Assembly: GCA_038063895.1 (NCBI GenBank) | Contig: JBBTUG010000012.1 | Location: 14,165-78,164, forward strand | Origin: Patescibacteria group bacterium | Lineage (GTDB): Bacteria; Patescibacteriota; WWE3; JAMCXX01; JBBTUG01 | DNA: 64,000 bases | Reading direction: 5' to 3' | Part shown: in pieces, positions 47,755-56,429 of the stretch | Numbering within the stretch: position 1 is the first letter of the stretch | Layout: each line of letters starts with the position of its first letter | Program-made: the position numbers and the translations under genes | Notes under the pieces: model-generated | Seen by the model: the letters and a program-made list of their open reading frames with translations, nothing else | What the model was told of the DNA's origin: nothing | The model's database searches: none

Positions 47755-48201
47755 TTATTTTTGGCGTAACTTTTCCAATAAACCTGTTAGCTCCGTGACT
47801 GAAGAAATAATAAAATCGGGTTTTACGGTGCCTTCCGAAGGAATAGTTTTTTCCGCCTGAATCCAAACCGTTTTCATTCCCAACCCTTGCCCGACGGTGA
47901 TCTCCTCACTTAGCCGGTCACCAACAACAAATATATCTTCCGGTAACAGACAGAACTTTTCCTTAAATTCATTAAATACCGCCGGGGTCTTCTCCGGAAC
48001 AACCCGCACCCAATGGAGGAAGCTCATTAACCCCAAACTTTGGAGTAAACGTTGTTTTTCCTCACTGCCGAAACTGACTAAACCCAACTTGATCCCCTGC
48101 TTGTTGTAAGCCTCGAGAAAAGACAAAACTCCGGGAAAAAGCCGGCCCTCACCGGGATCATACAACGTCCGCACGAAATCAAAGATAATCCCCTTGATCA
48201 T
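47755..48201 (-). CDS. HAD-like hydrolase
   Basis: The product starts IIFDFVRTLYD (motif I-like) and has VVGD..., a motif IV-like element. Confidence 0.5.
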   Translation of the reverse strand: MIKGIIFDFVRTLYDPGEGRLFPGVLSFLEAYNKQGIKLGLVSFGSEEKQRLLQSLGLMSFLHWVRVVPEKTPAVFNEFKEKFCLLPEDIFVVGDRLSEEITVGQGLGMKTVWIQAEKTIPSEGTVKPDFIISSVTELTGLLEKLRQK

Positions 48202-48257
48202 AATGATCTATTATAACCTTTCCTTTGAGGCTTTTGGTCTAATTAAGTATACTTCTA

Positions 48258-48308
48258 GAGGGAAGCGGAGGGTGAAGTCTAAATCCCCCTTTCCGCTTCC
48301 CTCTTTTT
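48258..48308. terminator. 12-bp stem hairpin (GAGGGAAGCGGA ... TCCGCTTCCCTC) followed by T5 on the plus strand
   Basis: The element lies between two minus-strand genes. Its orientation of function is unclear. Confidence 0.35.
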
Positions 48309-48326
48309 GTCCCTCTCACTGATACT

Positions 48327-49577
48327 TCATTTCTTCTTCCTGACAATAACCGGCATCGCAACAGCATCAGACGAGCCGTGAACCAAGGGACGGTCAAGCA
48401 AAGTGGCGTCGATATCAGCCACCTCAACGCTATCTCCTTCAACCAGATAAACCACACACAAACGGACGCGGTAGCCGTCCGCCTCAACCAGCCCCTCTCC
48501 GGCCTCGTTCAGAAAAACCACTTTATGCTCCAATGTCGGCACCTCCGGCTGGATAACGTAAAGAGGTCCGTCTCCGTTAGCGACTGGGAAAAGAGCTCCC
48601 AGTAACCTGTTTCTCCACTCAATAGCGGTCAGTTGCGAACTGAAGGCAATACCCTTTCCCTGACCACCATTACAACGTTTAAGCACCCATTGGAGCGTTT
48701 CTTTGCCGGAGTTGTCTAAACGTCTGCCCATAAATTCTTCGGCTCCCCAAGAATAACCCCGACCCTTAAAAGGGATCTTGACTTCGGGAACGACGGGAAA
48801 TGTCCAGGGAATAAACCCCTTCAGACTTTGCCGGTCGCTACTACTCAAAGCGAAAGACCGCCCGGAAGCCGTCTCCGGATTATGAACGGCAACCATCCAG
48901 GAATTATCCTCAAGCCGAGTAAATGGCGGCCAGATATCCAGCTTTCCGCCTGATAACAGTTCGCCAAGGCGTTGCCCACCGGGAAACACTTTTGCAGACT
49001 GCGGCTGCAACCAGGCGAGAGTGAAAGTGCGGTAGACCACGTCCCCTTCAAGCAGACTTTCCCCGGTTTCCGAAACTTCACAACAAAGACCGAAGCTCTG
49101 GAGGTACCGCGCCAGAAGACGGTACTCTGCCCCGTAACCGAGACGGTCGGGACTAAGGAGAATCACCAGGCGGCGCCCGCTGAATTTTTTCAGTAAGAGC
49201 CCGGCAATTGTCTTCGCTGCGCCTGGAAAAGGATCAAAGGAACCTTCCGGCAGGCCCACGGAACGGTAGTAAGTTTCCCGAACCAGTTGGGTGGCCAAAT
49301 CCCAGACTGGGGTTCCGTTGAGTTCAAACAGGACAAGATAGCCCCGGCGATCTAATGTAAAATCGGCCCGGAGATAAGTAGCCTCGTCGCTAGAATCGAC
49401 AGCAGCGCGCAACTTCGGTAACAGCTGTCCCAAGGCCAGCGCCTGCTGCCACTGCTGTTCCCAAAGGTAATACCATTTCGGAGAAACCCGCCAAAGCCTA
49501 GGCGGATTACCATAAGCGAAACCGTAATGCCAAAGTGCCCGGCGGATCTCGTCAGCCGTCCTAATAATCTCTTCCAT
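48327..49577 (-). CDS. glutathionylspermidine-synthetase-family (YgiC/YjfC-like) ATP-grasp amide ligase, putative
   Basis: The start MEEIIRTADEIRRALWHYGFAYG... and the RADFTLDRRGYLVLFELNGTPV segment resemble the GSP_synth pre-ATP-grasp/ATP-grasp pattern. Codon usage is GC-rich. SD AGGAGAAGG lies 4 nt before the ATG. Confidence 0.5.
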   Translation of the reverse strand: MEEIIRTADEIRRALWHYGFAYGNPPRLWRVSPKWYYLWEQQWQQALALGQLLPKLRAAVDSSDEATYLRADFTLDRRGYLVLFELNGTPVWDLATQLVRETYYRSVGLPEGSFDPFPGAAKTIAGLLLKKFSGRRLVILLSPDRLGYGAEYRLLARYLQSFGLCCEVSETGESLLEGDVVYRTFTLAWLQPQSAKVFPGGQRLGELLSGGKLDIWPPFTRLEDNSWMVAVHNPETASGRSFALSSSDRQSLKGFIPWTFPVVPEVKIPFKGRGYSWGAEEFMGRRLDNSGKETLQWVLKRCNGGQGKGIAFSSQLTAIEWRNRLLGALFPVANGDGPLYVIQPEVPTLEHKVVFLNEAGEGLVEADGYRVRLCVVYLVEGDSVEVADIDATLLDRPLVHGSSDAVAMPVIVRKKK

Positions 49578-49599
49578 TGCCTTCTCCTTTCCTGAACAA

Positions 49600-49925
49600 A
49601 GTTTTGTAGTTGGGATAAAAAAATCCCGTCCGCTACCTACTTGTAGTTTTACAAATAAGTAAGGGACGGGATTCAAAAAAAGAATACCGCGGTACCACCC
49701 TGATTCCCTTCGGCTAAGCCTCGGGGCACTCATTAGACTTTTTGGGCCGGGAAGTCATTCCCGCTTGCCTTACTCTTTATTCAGGCTCGCTGTTTTCCGC
49801 CAAGTTTAACTTGGCATCGCAAGACGCGTTCGGATTTCCTTAGACTACCAGGCTTTCAGCTGTCCCGGCTTGCTTTAGTCTCTAGAAACCCTACTAATTC
49901 TTGCCTACAGGCATATTTTGAAGTA
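49600..49925 (-). promoter_or_regulatory. T-box riboswitch leader (Stem I, T-box sequence, terminator)
   Basis: The minus strand reads AATCAGGGTGGTACCGCGG (49705-49687). A terminator GAAUCCCGUCC...GGACGGGAUU plus U7 lies at 49673-49617. A TTGACG-N17-TATGAT promoter lies near 49954-49926. Stem I is GCAAGA/UCUUGC, then a 7x7 internal loop, then GGGUUUC/GAAAUCC, AGACUA/UAGUCU, CCGGG/CCUGG. Confidence 0.7.
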
Positions 49926-49979
49926 CGGTCTGAGCCTATCATAACCTCGCCCTCCGCGTCAAATATTTTAACACTCTTA

Positions 49980-50264
49980 CTAACGGTAGAGTTGGCTATG
50001 GGTGCCAAGGGCTTCGAAAATAATTACCTTCCCGCCTTCCTGCTCCAAATAAATCGTCCGCCAGTCACCAGTAATATTAAGGCTCCGAAGGCCTTTAAGT
50101 TTTCCTTGTAAGAGATGGTTACCAAGCTTTGGGTCACGGGGATTCAGAAGGAACAACTTAAACCGTTCTCGAAAAGCAATTTTAATTTCCAGCGGAGCTT
50201 TTCCTAGTTGCTTATTAAAAACCTTTGAAAAATCAACTCTGAGTTTTTTTCCGTTCATTGGCAA
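49980..50264 (-). CDS. RelE/ParE-family toxin
   Basis: The product reads LKGLRSLNITGDWRTIYLEQEGGKVIIFEALGTHSQLY (RelE/YafQ-like C-terminus). Confidence 0.65.
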   Translation of the reverse strand: MPMNGKKLRVDFSKVFNKQLGKAPLEIKIAFRERFKLFLLNPRDPKLGNHLLQGKLKGLRSLNITGDWRTIYLEQEGGKVIIFEALGTHSQLYR

Positions 50265-50541
50265 TCATGTCATCCAAATACCCTAAGACCGCGTTCCCAC
50301 CATTAAAAGAAATAACCCGCCCCGCCTTAATATCTCTACGGGATTCTGCTAACATTTGTAAAAGATACTCGGTCGGTTCCTCGTCGGAAGCACTAAAAGT
50401 AACGGTCTTCGTCCGGATGACCTGCTTTAAGTAAGCGTTTATTAAACCGCTTAAACTCAAGCCTAAGTCATCCGCAAGCTTTCGCGCACGGATTTTCACT
50501 TGAGGTTCGGTTTTGATGTTAATAATGGCCGTTTGGTTCAT
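50233..50541 (-). CDS. RelB/DinJ-family antitoxin
   Basis: The N-terminus is RHH-like (INIKTEPQVKIRARKLADDLGLSLSGLINAYLKQVI). The gene overlaps the toxin gene by 32 nt. Confidence 0.6.
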   Translation of the reverse strand: MNQTAIINIKTEPQVKIRARKLADDLGLSLSGLINAYLKQVIRTKTVTFSASDEEPTEYLLQMLAESRRDIKAGRVISFNGGNAVLGYLDDMIANERKKTQS

Positions 50542-50557
50542 ATATACTTAGTATATA
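50541..50557. promoter_or_regulatory. inverted repeat TATATAC-TTA-GTATATA, a likely operator for the relBE-like operon
   Basis: The repeat lies immediately upstream of the antitoxin start. Confidence 0.4.
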
Positions 50558-50585
50558 CAAAAGATACACATATGTCAAATCCGCC

Positions 50586-51152
50586 TTAGAGCCCGAGCTC
50601 ACCGGCAATTGACTGCATCGCCTTTAAAGTAGTCTCGATAAACTCATCCAACCCCAGGCCCAGTTTCTCCTGGCACTTTTCAATTTCAGCTCTATCGACT
50701 GCCCGGGCAAACTCTTTCGTTTTCCATTTCTTTTTTATCGAGTCAAGCGCCACCGTGGCCAGTTTTTTATCCGGCCGGACGAGAGCGACGGCAACGATAA
50801 ACCCCGTCAGTTCATCGACACAATCAAGCGCCCAAGCCATCGTTGAGTTTGGCTCCCCGAGATTCGTCAGCCGCCGGTTGTGCGCTTTAATTGCGTCAAC
50901 AAATGGGCCTTCTGACACGCCCTGCCCACTCAGCCACTCTAAGGTCAGGCGGGTGTGCGTACTCGGAGTTGGTTCAGTCAGTTCCCAATCCGCATCGTGA
51001 ATTAACCCCAAAAGACCCCACTCGGCCTCATCACCCGAAAACCGCCTGGCGAGGGCTTTCATCGCCGCTTCCACTGCCAACAGGTGGCGGACCAGATTGC
51101 GGTTTGTTATTGATTGATTAACGAATTTCAAAACCTTCTCACGGGTCAACAT
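50586..51152 (-). CDS. HD-domain phosphohydrolase
   Basis: The product has an H..HD motif (LLGLIHDADW). Confidence 0.6.
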   Translation of the reverse strand: MLTREKVLKFVNQSITNRNLVRHLLAVEAAMKALARRFSGDEAEWGLLGLIHDADWELTEPTPSTHTRLTLEWLSGQGVSEGPFVDAIKAHNRRLTNLGEPNSTMAWALDCVDELTGFIVAVALVRPDKKLATVALDSIKKKWKTKEFARAVDRAEIEKCQEKLGLGLDEFIETTLKAMQSIAGELGL

Positions 51153-51162
51153 AAGTTCTCAT

Positions 51163-51951
51163 TCATAAATCGTTCGGCACATCGATGAACTCCACGCCGA
51201 GGCCGGGGAAGTTCTGCTTTAAAACTTCGCCTAAATTGATAACCCCAATAGTTTCCGTATTGTAATGACCGAAAGCGGCAATCGTCATTCCCAACTCCCG
51301 GGCGATGGCCGGGTGGTTCTCACGCATATCCCCGACGATTTCCAATTCAATTCTGTTGTCGACAAACTCGTTCATTATCGCGGGGTTGTGGTAGTCAATC
51401 GCCCCGGAACCGGAAACAACGGCGAAAACGGTTACTTTGTCTTTTTTAACTCCGACCACTTGTCCTCGGTGGGAATATATATTTTCGCACTGTTTAATTA
51501 TCTCGCTAAGGCTCTTCGGCTCCGGGAAACGCCCGAACCACCCCCACTTATCGAAAATATTGCCGCTGACCTCTCCCCCCAAACGGCGGATAACCGAAGC
51601 GTTATTCCCAATCTCAGGATGATGATCAAGCATTCCGTGATAACCGGCAAGGCTCATTCCGTTTTGAAAAAGAAACCGGATCCGCTCTTCCTGGTAGAGC
51701 GGAAATCTGTTGCCGTTGCCGGCCGCGGACGCGAAACTTAAGCCGTGGTGGACTATTAGAAAATTGCAGCCGGTAGCCTTTGCCTTCTGAAAAAATTCCA
51801 GGTTGGCGGAAACGCCCAGCCCCACCTTGGTAACATCCTCAACCCCCGCAATCTGCAGACCGTTAGCCAGCATCTCCCTGGTTTTAAAGATTTCTTCGAA
51901 GGGTTGAAAATAATTCTGAAGAAAACTGACCAGCTCAGAGCGGGTAATCAT
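51163..51951 (-). CDS. Nif3-family dinuclear metal-centre protein (YqfO-like)
   Basis: The product has the NIF3 pattern (FLIVHHG, GHY..E). Confidence 0.7.
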   Translation of the reverse strand: MITRSELVSFLQNYFQPFEEIFKTREMLANGLQIAGVEDVTKVGLGVSANLEFFQKAKATGCNFLIVHHGLSFASAAGNGNRFPLYQEERIRFLFQNGMSLAGYHGMLDHHPEIGNNASVIRRLGGEVSGNIFDKWGWFGRFPEPKSLSEIIKQCENIYSHRGQVVGVKKDKVTVFAVVSGSGAIDYHNPAIMNEFVDNRIELEIVGDMRENHPAIARELGMTIAAFGHYNTETIGVINLGEVLKQNFPGLGVEFIDVPNDL

Positions 51952-53435
51952 TCCTTAACCTCCGGGTCCGGATTGCCTTGGGGCCTTAACGTCGGAAAAA
52001 TAATGGTCTCTTTTAAATTGTGCCGGTCGGCCAGAAAGGCAACCACACGGTCGATCCCCATCCCCCATCCCGCCGTCGGCGGCATCCCGTACTCCAGCGC
52101 CCGCAAGTAATCTTCGTCCAGGACCTGGTGCTCGGCGAGCCCCTTCTTTCCCAGATTCATCTCTTCCTCCCAGCGCTGCCGCTGATCCCGAGGATCATTC
52201 AATTCATTGTAGGCGTTAATCCATTCCACCCCGGCGACCAGAAGCTGAAAAGAAGCGACGAAGGCCGGCTCATCCTGTTTTCCCTTGGCCAGAGGCCGCA
52301 TGGAAAGCGGGTGGTCAATAATAAAAACCGGTCCGGTGAGGGCAGAGCGGGAGATTTTTTTGTAGAGGGTGTCCAAAATCGGCCCAAAGCCGGCGACTCC
52401 GGTGAGGTCCACGTCCAAGCCCTTCTTCTTTATTTCCGCCAACAACTTTTCCTCGTTATCTGTTTTCAGTAGATCAATTCCGCTGTCTTTTTTCAGTAAG
52501 TCTCTAAAAGTTATCCGCGGCCAGGGAGGCTCAAAATTGTATTCCCGGTCCTGATACTTGACCAAGTAACTTCCCTTAACCTGCTTCACCATTTCCGAGA
52601 GCATCGTTTCCGTAAAACTCATCAGCTGTTCGTAGTCGCGGTAAGCCCAGTAAAATTCCAGCATTGTAAACTCCGGATTGTGCTCCCGGTCAATTCCCTC
52701 ATTGCGGAAATCCTTCCCGAGCTCAAACACTTTTTCAAAACCGGCCACGATCAGACGCTTCAGGTAAAGCTCATCGGAAATCCGTAAATAAAGATCGGTG
52801 TCCAGCGCGTGATGGTGGGTGAGGAAAGGGCGGGCGCTGGCGCCGCCGTAAAGGGGCTGCAGAATCGGAGTTTCCACCTCCAGGAAGCCCTCCGTTTTTA
52901 AATACCGGCGCAGGTAATCAACCGTATCCGCCCGGAGAGTAACGATATCCCGCACCTCTTTATTCAGCAGTAAATCGAGGTAGCGCTGGCGGTATCGTTC
53001 CTCACAATCTTTTAAGCCAAACCACTCTGAGGGCAAAGGCCGGACCGTTTTTGTAAGCAGAGAAAAAACGGACACCTTTAAAGTCAGTTGCCCCGCCTGG
53101 GTCTTAAAAAGAGTGCCGGTCGCGGCGATAAAGTCCCCCAGATCCAGTAATTCCAGCAACGGGAGCTGTTGGTCCGAAAGATCCTTTTTAGAGAAGAAGA
53201 GCTGAAGCCGTCCCGAGGCATCTTCCAGATCGGCGAAAACAATCTGACCGTGAGACCGCCAAGCCCGCAGCCTTCCGGCGATGGTCACTGAATCATCAAT
53301 CTGTTTTTTACTAACTGAACTTATATTCAACCGGTCACTAACGCAGCCGCCGGGAAAAGGGTTTAAGCCAAGGGACTGAATTTTTTGGATTTTATCTAAG
53401 CGGATTTGTCGCAGCTGCGCAAGAGGTTCGGCCAT
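51948..53435 (-). CDS. lysS: lysine--tRNA ligase (class II)
   Basis: The 495-aa product has an OB domain and class II motifs 1-3 (FLEVETP, FRNEG, GMGIDRVV). Confidence 0.9.
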   Translation of the reverse strand: MAEPLAQLRQIRLDKIQKIQSLGLNPFPGGCVSDRLNISSVSKKQIDDSVTIAGRLRAWRSHGQIVFADLEDASGRLQLFFSKKDLSDQQLPLLELLDLGDFIAATGTLFKTQAGQLTLKVSVFSLLTKTVRPLPSEWFGLKDCEERYRQRYLDLLLNKEVRDIVTLRADTVDYLRRYLKTEGFLEVETPILQPLYGGASARPFLTHHHALDTDLYLRISDELYLKRLIVAGFEKVFELGKDFRNEGIDREHNPEFTMLEFYWAYRDYEQLMSFTETMLSEMVKQVKGSYLVKYQDREYNFEPPWPRITFRDLLKKDSGIDLLKTDNEEKLLAEIKKKGLDVDLTGVAGFGPILDTLYKKISRSALTGPVFIIDHPLSMRPLAKGKQDEPAFVASFQLLVAGVEWINAYNELNDPRDQRQRWEEEMNLGKKGLAEHQVLDEDYLRALEYGMPPTAGWGMGIDRVVAFLADRHNLKETIIFPTLRPQGNPDPEVKE

Positions 53436-53465
53436 TATTTACAATATAGCACAAGAATATCAGTG

Positions 53466-53933
53466 TTACTTAATCGCGATGATTTTGTAGGTAGTCTTAA
53501 TTGAGCAGGAAACGATCACGGTATCTCCGGGCTTTGTTCCCAATAACGCCTCCCCGACAAGGGATTCGTAGGAAATAAGCCCTTTGGCGGGATCAACTTC
53601 TTCGCTCCCGACCAGCGTTAAATCAAAACGCTCTCCCTCCGCTTCAACGAAAACCGTGGAACCGACTTCGACCTTGGTACTTCGTCTTTTCTCAACCGTG
53701 ACAGCGCATTTTAAAAGCAGCTCCAGTTCCGAAACCCGGTTTTCCAGTAGGTCCCATTCCTGCAGAGCGGCTTTATACTCTAAATTCTCCTCAACCTCAC
53801 CATCCTCCCTGGCGTCCTTTATACGTCGGGCAGTTTGGCTTCGCGCGGGACCGGTCAGGAATTGATACTCACTTTTCAACTTTTCCAGTCCCTTTCGGGT
53901 AATATAGGTCTTCTTAAGCGTAACAGCAGGCAT
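53466..53933 (-). CDS. GreA/GreB-family transcript cleavage factor paralog (divergent coiled-coil tip)
   Basis: The product has a GreA N-terminal coiled coil and an FKBP-like C-terminus. Its tip reads REDGEVEENLEY instead of GDISENSEY. The start was chosen at MPAVTL. Confidence 0.65.
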   Translation of the reverse strand: MPAVTLKKTYITRKGLEKLKSEYQFLTGPARSQTARRIKDAREDGEVEENLEYKAALQEWDLLENRVSELELLLKCAVTVEKRRSTKVEVGSTVFVEAEGERFDLTLVGSEEVDPAKGLISYESLVGEALLGTKPGDTVIVSCSIKTTYKIIAIK

Positions 53934-53934
53934 C

Positions 53935-54402
53935 TTACGCCACTTCAATAATGGTGTAGATTAGATTACCGACAGGAGCCGACACTTGAACTTTATCGCC
54001 AACCTTCCGGCCCAAAAGAGCCTGGCCGAGCGGGGACTCATGAGAGATTTTATTGGAGAGCGGATCAGCTTCTTCAGCGCCAACGAGCTGAAAATGCTGC
54101 TCCTCCCCGTCCAGATGAACTTTAATGTGGCTTCCCACCCCAACCACCCCCGGCTTGCCTTTCTCTTCCTCGACAATAATGGCGTTGTTTAAAAGCTTCC
54201 GCAATTCCGTAATCCGGCCCTCGACAAACCCCTGTTCCTCCCGGGCGGCGTCATATTCCGAATTTTCGGAAATATCCCCGAGTTCGCGGGCCTCTTTAAT
54301 CTTTGAAGCCACCGCTTGGCGGCGGTGCTCCGTTAATTCTTTGTATTCTTCCTGTAATTTTTCGAACCCTATCTTCGTTAAATAGACGTCTTTAGTGATC
54401 AT
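53935..54402 (-). CDS. greA: transcription elongation factor GreA
   Basis: The canonical tip is GDISENSEYDAAREEQ. The start is at MITKD (54402); the track ORF uses TTG at 54411. Confidence 0.8.
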   Translation of the reverse strand: MITKDVYLTKIGFEKLQEEYKELTEHRRQAVASKIKEARELGDISENSEYDAAREEQGFVEGRITELRKLLNNAIIVEEEKGKPGVVGVGSHIKVHLDGEEQHFQLVGAEEADPLSNKISHESPLGQALLGRKVGDKVQVSAPVGNLIYTIIEVA

Positions 54403-54411
54403 AATCGGCAA

Positions 54412-54445
54412 GTTAGAAAGAAAAACCTCAGGTAAGCAACCCGAG
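54412..54445 (-). terminator. hairpin plus U-tract in the greA leader (attenuator-like)
   Basis: On the minus strand CCUCGGG-UUGCUUA-CCUGAGG is followed by UUUUUCUUUCU, immediately 5' of the greA start. A TTGACA-N16-TAGAAT promoter lies at about 54515-54488. Confidence 0.4.
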
Positions 54446-54516
54446 GAACCTCTATCTAACCGTGCTCTCTTTCAGTTAAGGAAAACCATTCTACACCCGC
54501 CCGACCTGTTGTCAAG

Positions 54517-54912
54517 TTAAACCGGTACCGAGTTTAATATCTTCTTCACCCTGGTCACCAACTCGTCCGGAGTCACCCGGTATTTCATCACGAAGTCCAC
54601 CGCGCCGAGGTCAAAAGACTGCTTAATATTATCGTTACTGCCGAAGTTAGTCAAAGTCAAAACCGGAATTTTTGATAGCTCGAAATCTTCATGCAGACTT
54701 TTAAGGACCTCGAACCCGCCTAATTTCGGCAGCATTATATCAAGAATAATGAGATCCGGCCTGTTCTTGGCTTTGACTAAAGCTTCTTCACCGTCAAACG
54801 CCTGTTCCACCGTTAAACCCGAGCTCTCAAACTCCAACCGGTACGTTCGGGCCAGGTTAGGGTCGTCTTCAACAATAAGTACTTTTCTGATTACCGGTTC
54901 TTCTTTAGTCAT
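54517..54912 (-). CDS. single-domain response regulator (CheY-like receiver)
   Basis: The product has VLIVEDD, the phospho-acceptor Asp in LIILDIMLP, and K in the C-terminal motif. Confidence 0.8.
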   Translation of the reverse strand: MTKEEPVIRKVLIVEDDPNLARTYRLEFESSGLTVEQAFDGEEALVKAKNRPDLIILDIMLPKLGGFEVLKSLHEDFELSKIPVLTLTNFGSNDNIKQSFDLGAVDFVMKYRVTPDELVTRVKKILNSVPV

Positions 54913-55116
54913 TGGTAAACCTATGTTTTAGGTTAGCAGATAAGAGTTGTTCCGGTCAATCTAGCAGTCTCTATTAAACATGGTGATCAAAAACTAACAG
55001 ATAATACCTAATGGTGCTCGTTTTTGGAAAAATCCGAACGCATTTCAAATCAATGTGTTAGCTTGCCGGGATTCCGTTCTTTTTCGCGTGCAATTTTATC
55101 GTCCTTTGGGCAAAGG

Positions 55117-55971
55117 CTATTCTCCTATAAGTCTGTACTCTTTTGAATAGAAATGTAAGACTTCCCCTTGCCCAACAAATGCCTCTTCCCCTTTGATAGA
55201 TTTTCCTGTTCTATCAAGAATATTATTTATGACGGTTGCGTTGCCCTGACCGATTCCGAATGGGTCGCTAACATGAACACCATAATTAATTTTCATATCA
55301 AAGTCGCCTGGTGCCATAGCCATATATTCCATCGCTCCCACCCCACCCACTATTTTCTTACCCCAATCTCCAAAAGAAAAGCTGATTTCATGAGATTTAT
55401 TTTTCTCTATTTTATAAAATGAATCAAAATTAAACTCAAAAGTCTTGCCATCAAAAGTGACGTTTGTTGGATCAAACCCAAAAGTAAAGTCATCTCCCTG
55501 TATGTCTTTTCCCCTGAATCCAACATGGAGAAATATATTCATGTCAGATGTTATGTTCGAAACAAAACGAACTTTAAAAATGATTTTTTCTAAATTTTGT
55601 GAATTATTAAGTATTGGTATTTCTTCAAAATCTGTGATAGTTATTTGAGCCTGTTTAGACTGTTGTATCGCTTGGTTTAGCTCGTTTGATAAACTTTGAG
55701 AAAATTTATTTGTCTGATAACGATTTATCATAATAATAGTGGTATTAGTTAGAACCATGACAAATACCGCCACAGCAACATATTTCCACTCCTTAAACGT
55801 GATTTTAGTTATCGCCGAGACAAATAGGTAAATTAGGGCCAGGACTGGGATAACAGCAAAAGATTCTGCGTAACCAGGGAAAAAATTAACCTGTTGAAAA
55901 AAGGGAAGCTTGGCAATCAATAAAATAATCGGGGTTTGTAAAAAAAATATAACCGAGAACGAGAATATCAC
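55117..55971 (-). CDS. hypothetical membrane/secreted protein in an AT-rich islet
   Basis: The 284-aa product has N-terminal TM helices and low GC relative to its neighbours. Confidence 0.4.
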   Translation of the reverse strand: MIFSFSVIFFLQTPIILLIAKLPFFQQVNFFPGYAESFAVIPVLALIYLFVSAITKITFKEWKYVAVAVFVMVLTNTTIIMINRYQTNKFSQSLSNELNQAIQQSKQAQITITDFEEIPILNNSQNLEKIIFKVRFVSNITSDMNIFLHVGFRGKDIQGDDFTFGFDPTNVTFDGKTFEFNFDSFYKIEKNKSHEISFSFGDWGKKIVGGVGAMEYMAMAPGDFDMKINYGVHVSDPFGIGQGNATVINNILDRTGKSIKGEEAFVGQGEVLHFYSKEYRLIGE

Positions 55972-56354
55972 AACGATGAGAAAATAAATAAATCTTATCT
56001 TTATTATAATTTCCTTCTTGTTGATTTAATAATCTAACAATTATTATAGCACTTTTCTTTGGTGTCAACAAATAACAAACTTTTGTTTTTTCTTAAACTT
56101 TGTATAGCGTAATTGTACTCAAACGATATTTCGGATTTTTAATGCCCACTTTGGACAGATCCGAAAGGGTTTGACTTCAACAAGGTGCTCATCTAAATTA
56201 ATAAAAAGTTCTTTAATTTTTGCGTTTTTCTTTGGAACAACGCTCTATGAGAAATTGCTTGTTAGAGCCGACTTTTTTGGGAACGCGGCGAGTGAGGAGG
56301 GGCACCGCGCAACAGTTGGTAGTGCCGCACCTAACGATTTCGCAATTTCCCAAA

Positions 56355-56429
56355 TGGTGCCGCCACGGGGAATCGAACCCCGGTTACCGGATTGAGAATC
56401 CGACGTCCTAACCCCTAGACGATGGCGGC
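56355..56429 (-). tRNA. tRNA-Glu (anticodon CUC)
   Basis: The minus strand reads GCCGCCA-UC-GUCU-AGGGGUUA-GGAC-G-UCGGA-UUCUCAA-UCCGG-UAAC-CGGGG-UUCGAUU-CCCCG-UGGCGGC-A-CCA. It is 75 nt with a 4-nt variable loop, and the acceptor is fully paired. Confidence 0.8.

Noticed and set aside
48239-48487. ORF 48239-48487(-) and the N-terminal extension of ORF 48327-49733 beyond 49577
   Set aside because: The extension would run through the T-box terminator and SD. MEEIIRT at 49577 has a proper SD. The 82-aa ORF is a shadow frame at the gene 3' end.
49690-49960. Initial suspicion of tmRNA/RNase P RNA in this GC-rich non-coding stretch
   Set aside because: No tag-peptide reading frame or tRNA-like 3' end is present. 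The sequence instead matches T-box riboswitch architecture.
56171-56350. Possible second tRNA or ncRNA between the AT-rich islet and tRNA-Glu (GC hairpins CGCGG...CCGCG, GGCAC...GUGCC)
   Set aside because: No T-loop consensus (GTTCRANNC) or cloverleaf could be drawn. ORFs 56171-56411 there are shadow frames over the tRNA.
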